Shown here one piece after another: positions 1-10,400 of a DNA stretch of 64,000 bases. Under the pieces are notes generated by a model. It did not search any database, was not told the origin of the DNA, and worked only from the letters and a program-made list of their open reading frames with translations. Within the stretch, counting starts at the first letter, position 1, and the number at the start of each line of letters is the position of its first letter. The stretch comes from Brevundimonas sp. (GTDB lineage: Bacteria > Pseudomonadota > Alphaproteobacteria > Caulobacterales > Caulobacteraceae): contig NZ_DASWWG010000017.1 of assembly GCF_036400995.1 (NCBI RefSeq), positions 5,799 through 69,798 of the forward strand, read 5' to 3'. The translations under genes and the position numbers were made by a program.

Positions 1-406
1 CGGCCTGCGCATACTGCGCGACCGAGCCCGCATCGAGGGTCGCCGGATCAATGTTCAGCCCCTGCCCCGGGCGCACGATGTTGGCGATCACCAGGCCGAT
101 GATCAGGGCCAGGGTCGAGAAGACGAAGAAGTAGGCGAACGCCTTGCCGGCCACCCGGCCGACGCGTTTCAGGTCGCTCATCCCGGCGATGCCGGTCGAG
201 ATCGTCAGGAAGATCACCGGGGCGATGATCATCTTCACCAGCTTGATGAAGGCGTCGCCCAGCGGCTTCAGGTCCTTGCCGAGCTCCGGCCAGAAATGGC
301 CGATCAGTCCGCCGGCGATGATGGCGCCGAGGACGAGCACGTACAGGCTACGGTACCAGGGCTTGCGCGCTGCGCCCGCCACCGGCGTGGATGCAATCTG
401 GATCAA
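1..406 (-). CDS. dctA: C4-dicarboxylate transporter DctA, N-terminal part only (gene runs off the left edge)
   Basis: Reverse-strand translation from TTG at 406, with a GGGAGGG Shine-Dalgarno at 411-417 (reverse strand), reads [104 protein letters not shown]. This is a typical DAACS/DctA N-terminus. It is absent from the ORF track because it is truncated. It is divergent from dctBD. Confidence 0.85.
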   Translation of the reverse strand, partial: MIQIASTPVAGAARKPWYRSLYVLVLGAIIAGGLIGHFWPELGKDLKPLGDAFIKLVKMIIAPVIFLTISTGIAGMSDLKRVGRVAGKAFAYFFVFSTLALIIGLVIANIVRPGQGLNIDPATLDAGSVAQYAQA

Positions 407-500
407 AAGACCCTCCCGAAGAGACCGCTTGCCGGTCCCGATTGGTTTCACCGTCTGACGCGGTGACGTGGGGCCATTATCAGGAGCCCCGAAGCGGCCT

Positions 501-516
501 CGCAAGCGAAAGGCCG
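501..516 (-). promoter_or_regulatory. Candidate sigma-54 (-24/-12) promoter for dctA
   Basis: The reverse strand reads CGGCCT-TTCGC-TTGCG. GG and GC have the TGGCAC-N5-TTGC spacing. It lies about 95 nt upstream of the dctA start and about 70-115 nt downstream of the paired dyads at 585-630. Confidence 0.45.
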
Positions 517-584
517 AAATCGTCTACCGCACTGGATTTGTTTGACTAAAAGCCACTTTCGCGGCCGCACAAGACGCCATTTGA

Positions 585-630
585 GCGGATTTCCGCACAC
601 CTTTTCTGGACATGTGTGCGAAATCCCGCA
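585..630. promoter_or_regulatory. Paired inverted 16-mers, candidate DctD enhancer (UAS) sites
   Basis: GCGGATTTCCGCACAC (585-600), read as its reverse complement GTGTGCGGAAATCCGC, matches GTGTGCGAAATCCCGC (614-629). Each copy contains an internal dyad. The position fits an NtrC-type enhancer upstream of a sigma-54 promoter. Confidence 0.45.
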
Positions 631-641
631 TTAGTTCCTGA

Positions 642-2450
642 ATGCCTCGTTTTCTCGATTCCGCACAGGGCCAGTGGCGTGTCTTCGCCGCCTTCTGGCT
701 GATTGTCGCGGGGATCGTCACCCTTGTCGCGGGAGAGGTCGCCCGTCGCGAGGCGCGCAACGAGGCTCTGGCCCAGTCGGCCACCGCCACCGCCCTGCAC
801 GCCGCCGTGCTGCGCAGCGAGCTGGAGCGCCACCGCTCCCTGCCTCTGGTGCTGGCGCAGGACCCGGACCTCAAGTCGCTGCTGGCCGACCCGTCCCCCG
901 CCGCGGTCGACCGCCTGAACCGCAAGCTGGAGGGTCTGGCCCGCGACACCCGCGCGGCGGTCATCTACGTCCTGAACGCGAACGGCACGGCGGTCGTGGC
1001 CAGCAACTGGAACCAGCCGATCAGCTTCGTCGGCTCCGACTACCGCTTCCGTCCCTACTATTCCGAGACCCTGCGCGACGGTCAGGCCAGCCTGTTCGCC
1101 CTGGGCACCGTCAGCGGCCGTCCGGGCCTCTATCTGGCCCGCCGCATCGACGGCGATGACGGCCGCCCCCTCGGCATCATCGTCGCCAAGCTGGAATTCG
1201 ACGCGCTGGAGACCGAGTGGCGCACGTCGGGCGAGCCGACCTATGTGACCGACACCGACGGCGTGGTGCTGATCACCACCGTCTCCGACTGGCGTTTCCA
1301 CACCACCGGCGACCTGCCGCCCGAACGCCGCCACCGCCTCGAGGTCGACCAGACCGCCGGACGGGTCGACCTGTCCCCCCTGCCCTTCGAAGCCCTGCAG
1401 CCCGGGCTGGTCCGCCTGTCGCGCGGCGTGCCGTCCGACCTCTACGCCCGCACCTCGGCCCCGATCCCGGACATGGGCTGGCGGCTGCACCTGCTGTCCC
1501 CCGCCGGCGCCGGCGTGACCCGGGCCGTCGTCTCCGCGCGGGTTCTGGCCCTGCTCAGCATCGCCCTTCTGGCGGGCATCACCGGCGTCCTGCTGCGCCG
1601 CCGCCAGCGCGCCCGCGCCCGCGCCGCCGAGGACGAGGCCGCCCGCCTCGCGCTGGAGCAGCAGGTCGACGCCCGCACGGCCGAACTCCGCGCCGCCAAC
1701 ACCCAGCTCAGCCGCGAGATCGAGGAGCGCCTGCGTCTGGAGAAGGGCCGTCAGGACCTCCAGGACGAGCTGATCCAGGCCAACAAGCTGGCCACCCTCG
1801 GCCAGATCGCCGCGGGCGTGGCGCACGAGATCAACCAGCCGCTGGCCGCCATCCGCACCCACGCCGACACCGCCTCGGTCTATCTGGAGCGCGATGACGC
1901 CGGGGCGGTGGGGCGCTCCCTCACCCGCATCAACGAACTGACCCAGCGGGTCGGGGCGATCACCGACGAACTGCGCGCCTTTTCGCGCAAGACCCGCTCC
2001 GGCGTGGTGGCCGTCGGCGTCGACGCGGCCATCGACGGCGCCCTGCTGCTGGTCAGCGCCCGCCTGCGCGAACAGGGCGTAACGCTCAAACGCACCCGCG
2101 GGCCCGAGGGTCTCGAAGTGCTGGCCGAGCGCAACCGGCTGGAACAGGTCGTGCTGAACCTGCTCCAGAACGCCGTCGAGGCCCTCGACGGCGTCGCCGC
2201 CCCGCTCATCGAGATCGCCGTCTCGGTCCGCGGGGCCAAGGTGACGGTCAAGGTCGCCGACAACGGCCCGGGCGTCTCGGCCGAGGTCCGCGACCGCCTG
2301 TTCACCCCCTTCACCACCGACAAGCGCGACGGGCTCGGGCTCGGGCTGGTCATCAGCCGCGACATCGTCGCCGGCTTCGGCGGCGAACTGGTCCACGCCC
2401 CTTCCACGACGGGCGCCGTCTTCAGGATCGTACTGGCGAAGGCCGCATGA
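642..2450 (+). CDS. dctB: Sensor histidine kinase, DctB-like (C4-dicarboxylate sensor)
   Basis: 602-aa ORF. It has an N-terminal TM segment, a periplasmic domain and a second TM segment (VLALLSIALLAGITGVLL). Motifs: H-box VAHEINQPLAAI, N-box LLQNAVEAL, DNGPGV, GLGLGLVIS. It shares a 4-nt ATGA overlap with the downstream NtrC-type regulator and is divergent from dctA. Confidence 0.85.
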   Translation: MPRFLDSAQGQWRVFAAFWLIVAGIVTLVAGEVARREARNEALAQSATATALHAAVLRSELERHRSLPLVLAQDPDLKSLLADPSPAAVDRLNRKLEGLARDTRAAVIYVLNANGTAVVASNWNQPISFVGSDYRFRPYYSETLRDGQASLFALGTVSGRPGLYLARRIDGDDGRPLGIIVAKLEFDALETEWRTSGEPTYVTDTDGVVLITTVSDWRFHTTGDLPPERRHRLEVDQTAGRVDLSPLPFEALQPGLVRLSRGVPSDLYARTSAPIPDMGWRLHLLSPAGAGVTRAVVSARVLALLSIALLAGITGVLLRRRQRARARAAEDEAARLALEQQVDARTAELRAANTQLSREIEERLRLEKGRQDLQDELIQANKLATLGQIAAGVAHEINQPLAAIRTHADTASVYLERDDAGAVGRSLTRINELTQRVGAITDELRAFSRKTRSGVVAVGVDAAIDGALLLVSARLREQGVTLKRTRGPEGLEVLAERNRLEQVVLNLLQNAVEALDGVAAPLIEIAVSVRGAKVTVKVADNGPGVSAEVRDRLFTPFTTDKRDGLGLGLVISRDIVAGFGGELVHAPSTTGAVFRIVLAKAA

Positions 2451-3784
2451 GTTTCCAGCCCTGTAATCGCATCGCCCTGGTCGAGGATGACGACGCCTTC
2501 CGCTCGGCCCTCGCCGAACGCCTGGCCCTCGCCGGCCTGTCGGTGTCCGAGTTTTCCTCCGGCGACACGGCCCTGAAGGCCCTGACCGATCGCTTCGACG
2601 GGGTGGTGGTCACCGACCTGCGCATGCCCGGACTGGACGGCCGTCAGCTGATCGACCGCCTCGCCGTCGTCGATCCCGACCTGCCCGTCGTCGTCATGAC
2701 CGGCCACGGGGACATCGCCGAGGCCGTCGATGTGATGAAGCGCGGCGCCTATGACTTCCTGGCCAAGCCCTTCGCCCCCGAACGCCTGCTGGAGACCCTG
2801 CACCGCGCGCTGGAGAAACGGGCGCTGGTGCTCGACAACCGCCGCCTGACCGCCCTCGCGGTCGAGGACGAGTGGTCCATCCCGCTCAGCGGTGAAAGCC
2901 GCGCCGTCGCCGCCCTGCGCGCTGCCATCCAGCGCCTCGCCGACGCCGAGGTCGACGTCCTGATCGAGGGCGAGACCGGGGCCGGCAAGGAGGCCGTCGC
3001 CCGCGCCATCCACAACGCCGGACGCCGCCGGGTGAAGCCTTTCGTCGCCGTCTCCTGCGCCACCCTTCCCGAGACCGGTCCGGAGAGCCAGCTGGTCGGC
3101 CACGCCGCCGGCGCCTTCCCCGGCGCCCTGCGCCGCCGCGAGGGCCAGATCGAGCAGTCGCATCAGGGCAGCCTCTTCCTCGACGAGATCGACCTCGCCC
3201 CCCGCGCGGCCCAGCTGCTGCTGCTGCGGGTGCTGGAGGAGCGCGAGATCATGCCGCTGGGCACCGGCGAGGCCCACGCCCTCGACCTGCGCATCGTCGC
3301 CGCCACCAAGTCCGATCCTGCCGAGGCCGTCGCCCGCGGCGACCTGCGCGAGGACCTGTTCTACCGGCTGAACGTGGTGCGGGTCCGCATCCCGCCCCTG
3401 CGCGAGCGGCGCGAGGACGTGCCGGTCCTGTTCGCCCGCTTCCTCGATCGCGCCGCGCGCCGTCTGGGCCGGGACATCCCGCCCATCGACCACGCCATCC
3501 GCCGCCGCCTGCTGGAGCACGACTGGCCGGGCAATCTGCGCGAGCTGTCCAATTTCGCCAGCGAGGTCGCCGTCGGCATCGCCGCCCCCGCCGAACGGCC
3601 CGAGACCGACCGCAGCCTGTCGAAACAGGTCCAGGACTATGAGGCCGAACTGATCCGAGAGGCCCTGACGGCCCACACCGGCGACATCCGCCGCGTCACC
3701 GACAGCCTGCAGATCCCCCGCAAGACCCTCTACGACAAGATGGCCCGCCACGGCATCCAGCCGTCCGAGCACCGGCGGCGCTAA
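2447..3784 (+). CDS. dctD: Sigma-54-dependent response regulator, DctD-like
   Basis: Receiver domain (LVEDDDAFRSAL ... VVTDLRMPGLDG). AAA+ domain with LIEGETGAGKEAVARAIH, a GAFPGA loop (GAFTGA-like) and FLDEID. C-terminal Fis-type HTH IPRKTLYDKMARHGI. Confidence 0.9.
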   Translation: MSFQPCNRIALVEDDDAFRSALAERLALAGLSVSEFSSGDTALKALTDRFDGVVVTDLRMPGLDGRQLIDRLAVVDPDLPVVVMTGHGDIAEAVDVMKRGAYDFLAKPFAPERLLETLHRALEKRALVLDNRRLTALAVEDEWSIPLSGESRAVAALRAAIQRLADAEVDVLIEGETGAGKEAVARAIHNAGRRRVKPFVAVSCATLPETGPESQLVGHAAGAFPGALRRREGQIEQSHQGSLFLDEIDLAPRAAQLLLLRVLEEREIMPLGTGEAHALDLRIVAATKSDPAEAVARGDLREDLFYRLNVVRVRIPPLRERREDVPVLFARFLDRAARRLGRDIPPIDHAIRRRLLEHDWPGNLRELSNFASEVAVGIAAPAERPETDRSLSKQVQDYEAELIREALTAHTGDIRRVTDSLQIPRKTLYDKMARHGIQPSEHRRR

Positions 3785-4683
3785 AGCGCCCCCAGCCCCA
3801 CCGCGATCGCCCCCATCGGCCCGGCCTTGGAGCCCAGTCCCGGCGGCTGGATGAAGGCCTCCACGTCCGCCGCGATGGCGCCCGCCACGCCGTAGCCCGC
3901 CAGGCTCTCCACCAGCGCCTTGCGCAGGCGCTCGAACAGCCACGGCTGGCCGTCCGCCACCCCGCCGCCGATCAGGACCCGCTGCGGACAGGCCGTCAGC
4001 ACCAGATTGTGCAGCATCCCGCCCAGCGCATGGACCACCATGTCCCAGGCCGGATCGTCCGGCGTCACCTCGATCCCCGGCTTGCCCGCCCGGGCCTCGA
4101 CCGCCGGGCCCGACGCCAGCCCCTCGACGCAGTCGCCGTGGTAGGCGCAGACGCCCGGCCACTGATCTCCCGGCAGGCGGCCGACCTTCAGATGGCCCAG
4201 CTCCGGATGGCCCAGCCCGCGCACGGTCCGTCCGTTGACCACCACGCCGACGCCGATCCCCGTGCCCACGGTCGCATAGGCGTGGCTATCGAGCCCCCGC
4301 GCCGCGCCCCACAGGCCCTCGGCCAGCGCCGCGCCGTTCACATCGGTGTCCAGCGCCACCGGCACGCCGAAGCCGCGGTGCATCACATTCAGGTCCGCCC
4401 AGCGCCAGGCCAGCTTGGTCGTCTCGGTGACGTGGCCGTACTTCTCCGCCTTCGGGTCCAGCTCCACCGGACCGAAGCTGGCGATGCCGATGGCCGCAAA
4501 CCCTGGCCCGGCGGCCCAGCGCTCCAGCACCGCCCGGATCGCGCCCAGGGTCTCGTCCGGCGTGGTCGTCGGCAGGCGCACCTCGTCGCGAATGTCGTCC
4601 GGCCCGGAGGCCAGCACGCACACGCATTTCGTGCCGCCCAGTTCGATGCCCGCGATCAGCGGAGAAGCGATTCCCGTGTTCAT
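3781..4683 (-). CDS. ROK-family sugar kinase (fructokinase-like)
   Basis: Only the C-terminal 300 aa of the 613-aa track ORF is credible. The start is ATG at 4683 (MNTGIASPLIAGIELGGTKCV). ROK motifs: DTDVNGAALAE, ATVGTGIGVG, and the Cys/His cluster GHLKVGRLPGDQWPGVCAYHGDCVEG. The upstream extension runs antisense through cysD. Confidence 0.8.
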   Translation of the reverse strand: MNTGIASPLIAGIELGGTKCVCVLASGPDDIRDEVRLPTTTPDETLGAIRAVLERWAAGPGFAAIGIASFGPVELDPKAEKYGHVTETTKLAWRWADLNVMHRGFGVPVALDTDVNGAALAEGLWGAARGLDSHAYATVGTGIGVGVVVNGRTVRGLGHPELGHLKVGRLPGDQWPGVCAYHGDCVEGLASGPAVEARAGKPGIEVTPDDPAWDMVVHALGGMLHNLVLTACPQRVLIGGGVADGQPWLFERLRKALVESLAGYGVAGAIAADVEAFIQPPGLGSKAGPMGAIAVGLGAL

Positions 4684-4773
4684 GGCGGCACCCTGCCGCG
4701 TCAGGCGCCGTTCCGCCATGCCTCCGACGCGCTCAGGCTTGGCGCCGCCCGATTCCGCCGTCACTGGTAGGGG

Positions 4774-5670
4774 ATGGGGCGAGACGACGAGGTTCTGGAC
4801 TGGCTGGAGGCCGAGGCCGTCCACATCATCCGTGAGACGGTCGCGGGGGTGGAGCGTCCGGTCCTGCTGTTCTCGGCGGGCAAGGATTCCGCCGTCCTTC
4901 TGCATCTGGCGCGCAAGGCCTTCGCCCCCGCGCCCCCGCCCTTCCCGCTCCTGCACGTCGACACGACCTGGAAGTTCGCCGAAATGTACGCCTTCCGCGA
5001 CGCCGCGGCGGGCGACCTCGAGCTGATCGTCCACCGCAATCCGGACGCGCTCGCCGCCGGCATCAATCCCTTCGAGCACGGGGCCTCGGTCCATACCGAC
5101 CTCTGGAAGACGCAGGGGCTCAGGCAGGCGCTCGACGCCGGGCGGTTCGACGCGGCCTTCGGCGGCGCCCGCCGCGACGAGGAAAAAAGCCGCGCCAAGG
5201 AGCGCATCGTCTCGGTCCGCACCGCCGCCCACGGCTGGGACCCGCGCGCCCAGCGGCCCGAGCTCTGGAGCCTGTACAATACCCGGCTGACTGACGGTCA
5301 GACCCTGCGCGTCTTCCCCCTGTCCAACTGGACCGAGCTGGACGTCTGGCGCTACGTCCGGCGCGAAGGGATCGCCGTTCCGGACCTCTATTTCGCCGCC
5401 GACCGCCCCGTCGTCGAACGGGACGGCGCCCTGATCCTGGCCGATCCGCGCCTGCCGCTGCGGCCCGGCGAAACCGTGCAGACCCGGCGCATCCGCTTCC
5501 GCACCCTCGGCTGCTGGCCCCTGACCGGCGCGGTCGAGAGCGAAGCCGCCGATCTGGACGCGGTCATCGCCGAGGTGGCCGCCGTTTCCGGCTCGGAGCG
5601 TCAGGGCCGGGTCATCGACCACGACCCCGCCGCCTCGATGGAGCGCAAGAAGCGCGAGGGGTATTTCTGA
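4774..5670 (+). CDS. cysD: Sulfate adenylyltransferase subunit 2
   Basis: [14 protein letters not shown], the PP-loop [16 protein letters not shown], and C-terminal [10 protein letters not shown]-type tail [10 protein letters not shown]. Its stop overlaps the cysN start (TGATG at 5668-5672). Confidence 0.9.
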   Translation: MGRDDEVLDWLEAEAVHIIRETVAGVERPVLLFSAGKDSAVLLHLARKAFAPAPPPFPLLHVDTTWKFAEMYAFRDAAAGDLELIVHRNPDALAAGINPFEHGASVHTDLWKTQGLRQALDAGRFDAAFGGARRDEEKSRAKERIVSVRTAAHGWDPRAQRPELWSLYNTRLTDGQTLRVFPLSNWTELDVWRYVRREGIAVPDLYFAADRPVVERDGALILADPRLPLRPGETVQTRRIRFRTLGCWPLTGAVESEAADLDAVIAEVAAVSGSERQGRVIDHDPAASMERKKREGYF

Positions 5671-7442
5671 TGGCCCCCGTTCGCCTGATCACCTGCGGCT
5701 CGGTCGACGACGGCAAGTCGACCCTGATCGGCCGCCTGCTGCACGACCTGGGCGCCGTGCCCGCCGACCAGCTGGCCGCCCTGGGCCCCGATCCCGACCT
5801 GTCGCTTCTGGTCGACGGCCTCGCCGCCGAGCGGGAACAGGGCATCACCATCGATGTGGCCTACCGTTATTTCGACCTCGACGGCCGCCGCTTCATCCTC
5901 GCCGACACCCCGGGGCATGAGCAGTACACCCGCAACATGGCCACCGCCGCCTCGACCGCCGACGCCGCCGTCGTGCTGGTCGATGCGCGCAAGGGCGTCC
6001 TGACCCAGACCCGCCGCCACGTCCGCATCCTGGCCCTGATGGGCGTCCGCCGCCTGCTGCTGGCGGTCAACAAGATCGACCTCGTCGCCCACGACCATGC
6101 CCTGTTCACGGAGATCGCGACCGACTTCCGCGCCTTCGCCGCCGACCTCGGCATCGGGGACGTCACGGCCGCCCCGCTCAGCGCCCTGACCGGCGCGGGC
6201 GTCACCCGGCGCGATCCGGCGCTGGACTGGCATGAGGGCCCCATCCTCACCGACTGGCTGGCGGCCACGCCGTCGCCGTCCCTCGCCGAAGGCCCCTTCC
6301 GCCTCCCCGTCCAGACCGTCATCCGCCACGGCGAGCATCGCGGCTTCGCGGGCCGCCTCGCCGCCGGATCGATCCGGCCGGGCGATCCCGTCCGCGTCCT
6401 GCCCTCGGGCGCGGAGGCCGTGATCTCAGCGGTCACCGGCGCGGGCCGCTCGGTCAGTGTGACGCTGGACCGTCCCGTCGACGTTACGCGCGGCGACTGG
6501 CTGGTGTCGCCCGACGACCCGCCCGCCGTCGCCGACCAGTTCGAGGCCCATCTGGTCTGGATGTCGGACCAGCCGCTGCTGCCCGGTCGTGTGCATGACC
6601 TGAAGATCGGGACCGCCACCGTCCCGGCCCGGGTCATGGAGATCAAGCACCGGGTCGACCCCGACAGCGGCGAAGCCCTCGCCGCCCGCACCCTCGGTCT
6701 GAACGAGATCGGACTGGTCACCCTGGCGTTGGACGCCCCGGTCCCGTTCGAGCCGTACGCCGCCAACCGCGATCTGGGCGGCTTCATCCTGATTGACCGG
6801 ATGACCTCGGCCACCGCGGGCGCGGGCATGATCCGCTTCGCCCTACGCCGCGCGACCAACATCCGCCCCCAGCCCCTGTCCATCGGCCGGGATGACCGCG
6901 CCGCCCTCAAGAACCAGCGCCCGCTGGTGTTGTGGTTCACCGGCCTGTCCGGGGCGGGCAAGTCGACCATCGCCGATCTGGTCGACCAGCGCCTGTTCGA
7001 GGCCGGGCTGCACGCGACCCTGCTGGACGGCGACAACGTCCGCGGCGGGCTGAACCGCGATCTGGGCTTCACCGACGCCGACCGCGTCGAGAACATCCGC
7101 CGCGTGGCCGAGGTCGCCCGCCTGATGACCGATGCGGGCCTGATCGTCCTGACCGCCTTCATCTCCCCCTTCCGCGCCGAGCGCGACATGGCCCGCGCCC
7201 TGATGGCTCCCGACGAGTTTCTCGAGATCCACATCGACGCCCCGCTGGCCGCCGTCGAGGCGCGCGACGTGAAGGGCCTCTACGCCAAGGCCCGCGCCGG
7301 TCGGCTGGCCAACTTCACCGGCATTGACAGCCCTTACGAGCCGCCCGAGACGCCGGACCTGCGAATTGATACGACCGCCTGCTCTCCCGAACAGGCGGCC
7401 GATCTGATCATCGATCTGATCCGGGCGAGGCAGGGGCGCTGA
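5670..7442 (+). CDS. cysN: Bifunctional sulfate adenylyltransferase subunit 1 / adenylylsulfate kinase (CysN-CysC fusion, NodQ-like)
   Basis: GTPase motifs [23 protein letters not shown] and NKID. C-terminal APS-kinase P-loop [15 protein letters not shown]. Confidence 0.9.
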   Translation: MAPVRLITCGSVDDGKSTLIGRLLHDLGAVPADQLAALGPDPDLSLLVDGLAAEREQGITIDVAYRYFDLDGRRFILADTPGHEQYTRNMATAASTADAAVVLVDARKGVLTQTRRHVRILALMGVRRLLLAVNKIDLVAHDHALFTEIATDFRAFAADLGIGDVTAAPLSALTGAGVTRRDPALDWHEGPILTDWLAATPSPSLAEGPFRLPVQTVIRHGEHRGFAGRLAAGSIRPGDPVRVLPSGAEAVISAVTGAGRSVSVTLDRPVDVTRGDWLVSPDDPPAVADQFEAHLVWMSDQPLLPGRVHDLKIGTATVPARVMEIKHRVDPDSGEALAARTLGLNEIGLVTLALDAPVPFEPYAANRDLGGFILIDRMTSATAGAGMIRFALRRATNIRPQPLSIGRDDRAALKNQRPLVLWFTGLSGAGKSTIADLVDQRLFEAGLHATLLDGDNVRGGLNRDLGFTDADRVENIRRVAEVARLMTDAGLIVLTAFISPFRAERDMARALMAPDEFLEIHIDAPLAAVEARDVKGLYAKARAGRLANFTGIDSPYEPPETPDLRIDTTACSPEQAADLIIDLIRARQGR

Positions 7443-7463
7443 GCCCCCGCCCCTTCCGGGCCG

Positions 7464-10400
7464 TCAGCCGCCCAGCAGCTGGTCGGCCAGGGTCGGCGTC
7501 ACCAGCGGGCTGTGGTCGCTGTGACGGTTCCACGCCGGATCGTTCGAGACGACCATGAAGTCCCAGCCGCCCGCGTCGTCGATGCCCGGCAGGACCAGGG
7601 CCTCTCCGGCGCCCTTGGCCAGCGCCGGCGACACATCGTCGACGCCCGGCAGGACCAGCGGCTCGCCCACGTCCTTGCCGATCGGCAGGAAGTCGTCGTC
7701 GACGAGCGTCGGCAGGACCTGCGGCCCCGTCTCCTTGGCCGACAGCACAGGCATGCCGGCGGACAGGGTATGGGACTCGCCGCTGGCGAACTCGATCCGT
7801 TCGATGCCGTTCAGGATGTCGACGCCGTTGCGGCCGCCGACACTGTCCGTCACGCGGTACTGACCGCCGCCCAGATCCTCGACCAGATAGTCGGACGCCA
7901 CGCCGGTGTAGAAGGCCGTGTCGCTGCCTTGGCCGCCGTTCAGGGTGTCGTTGCCCCCCGCGCCGACCAGACGGTCATTGCCCGCCCCGCCGGTGATCAC
8001 ATTGGCCAGCCCATTGCCCGTGCCCTGGAAGGCGCCCGCCCCGGTGAAGGTCAGGTTTTCCAGATTGGCGCCCAGGGTGAAGCCGGCGTTGGTCGTCTGG
8101 ACCGTGTCGATCCCCTCGTTCAGGAACTCGGTGATCGTGTCGTTGGCGCTGACCACATAGAGGTCGTCGCCCTGCCCGCCCTGCAGGGTGTTGGCCGCGC
8201 CCGAGCCGCCGATCAGGGTGTCGTTGCCGTCCAACCCCAGCAGGGTGTCGGCGCCCAGACCGCCGTTCAGAACGTTGTCGCCCGCCGAGCCGAACAGCAG
8301 GTCGGCATGGGCCGAACCGGTGGCGTTCTCGATCGACGAATAGACGTCGCGCGCGCCGAACCCGTCGTCGAAGGCGAACTGGCCGGCCAGGCGGACGCTG
8401 ACGCCCGCCGTCGAGGTCGAGTAATCGACCGTGTCGCTGCCGTTCCCGCCGACGAGGACGTCCGCTCCCGCGCCGCCGACCAGGGTGTCCGCCCCGTCCG
8501 CGCCGTTCAGGATGTCGGCGCCGACGCCGCCGCGGATCACGTTGGCCGAGGCGTTGCCGACGCCGTTGAACGCCGACGAACCGGTGTAGGTCAGGTTCTC
8601 GATATTGGCGCCCAGCGTGAAGTTGCCGACGGTGGTCTGGACGGTGTCCAGCCCCTCGCCCGCCGCCTCGAACACCGTGTCCTGGGCGGCGACGATGTAC
8701 AGGTCGTCGCCCGCGCCGCCGAACAGCTCGTTCGCCGCGCCCGAGCCGCCGATCAGGGTGTCGTTGCCCGCGAGGCCCAGCAGGACGTCACGGCCGAGGC
8801 CGCCGGCCAGCACATTGTTCGCGCTCGAGCCGATCAGGGTGTCGTCGAAGTCCGAGCCCGTGACGTTCTCGATGCCCGACAGGGTGTCCGTGCCGCCCAG
8901 ACCGTTGTTGCGCGTCACATTGCCGTTCAGGCGCACATCGACCCCGGTCGAGGCCAGCGCATAGGTGGCCGTGTCCACGCCCGCGCCGCCGTTCAGGGTG
9001 TTCACCCCGCCCAGACCCGCCAGCACGTCGTCGCCGTCGCCGCCGGTCAGCACATTGTTCGAGGCGTTGCCCGTGATGATGTTGTTCGAGGCGTTGCCCG
9101 TGCCGTTCGCCGCCGTCCCGGTCAGGACCAGATTCTCGACATTGTCGCTCAGGGTGTAGGAGACCGAGGCCTGGACCGTGTCGGTCCCGGCGCCGGCCGC
9201 CTCGGTGATCACGTCACCGGCGTGGTTGACGATATAGGTGTCGTTGCCGGCCAGCGCGGCCATGGCGTCGGCGCCCGCCGTGCCGGTGACGAGGTTGTTC
9301 CCCGCGCCGACCACGACCAGCTGCGCCAGCAGGGCGTCGTGGTCACTGGCCTGATCGGCCATGTACGAGTTGATGTGGACGCCGTCGAACTGCGCGCCCG
9401 TGGTCAGGGTGTCCGAGACCAGCATGTGGTCCAGGGTCTGCGAGTTGCCGCCGAAGACGTAGGAGTAGCGCTCCTCCTCGGGCACCAGGCTCCACAGGTT
9501 GTTCAGCCCGCCGTCCTCCAGCAGCGTCACCGACTGCTCGAAGTAGAAGGCGTTGAAGTCACCCGACACCACGATGTGCGCGTTCGGATCGACCAGACGC
9601 AGCTGGTCCAGATAGGCCTCGATCGCCTGCGACTGGGCCAGGCGGCCGCCCTCGCCCGCGTTCGCCGGCGGCTGGGTCGAGCCCATGTAGGGGTCGGAGC
9701 CGATGCGCGAGGTCGAGTGAATCGACAGGGCGGTGATGATCTCGCCGTTGAACTCGAACTGGGCCGACAGCGGCTTGCGGCTGCCGCTGAACGCGGGGTC
9801 CAGCAGGGCCACGGCCGAACCGTTCACGTAGTCGACGCGGTCCGGGTTGTAGAGGAAGCCGTTGCGGATGTTGCCGCCCGGCTCGCCGCCCGACGAGCCT
9901 TCGGTGGCCGGCGGGACCTCGACATAGACATAGGTCGGGCCGCCCTGGGCGACGATCTGGTTGATCAGCGCCTGCGCCGAGGCCTGCCCCGACAGGGTGC
10001 CGTCGTTGCCGTCCTGCACCTCGATCAGGCCGATGATGTCCGGCGTGCCCATGTTCGACACGATGTCGATGGCCAGTTCAGTGATCCGCGCGCCGTCGCC
10101 CGGGTCCAGGTTCTCGACGTTGTAGCTGGCGATGGTCAGGTGCTCGTTGGCGCCCGTGTCGGCCTGCACCAGACCGGTGGTCTCGGCGGTGGCGGCGACG
10201 TCCTGAACCACCGTCACCGTGTCGCGCACGATCAGCTCGTACTCGCCGCCGAAATAGCTGACCACGCCGGTCACATCGCCCAGCCGGTCGCCGACCGAAT
10301 GGTTCGGGGCGTACGATCCCGAGATGGTCGAGTCGTCGTAGATGATCAGGGCTTCGGGGTTGAAGTCGCCGGCCGAGTTGGTGATCCCGCCGCGGTCGTT

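Noticed and set aside
144-458. A forward-strand 104-aa ORF at the left edge.
   Set aside because: It lies antisense to a clear dctA N-terminal coding sequence, which the ORF track missed because the gene is truncated.
3781-3784. Convergent genes sharing stop-codon nucleotides (CTAA at 3781-3784, CTAG at 48578-48581).
   Set aside because: This is a compact genome arrangement with no functional implication I can support. It is noted only because it leaves no room for terminators between those gene pairs.
3781-5622. A 613-aa reverse-strand ORF that would run through cysD.
   Set aside because: Only the last 300 aa, from ATG at 4683, look like a ROK kinase. The upstream 313 aa are low-complexity and lie antisense to the well-supported cysD gene.
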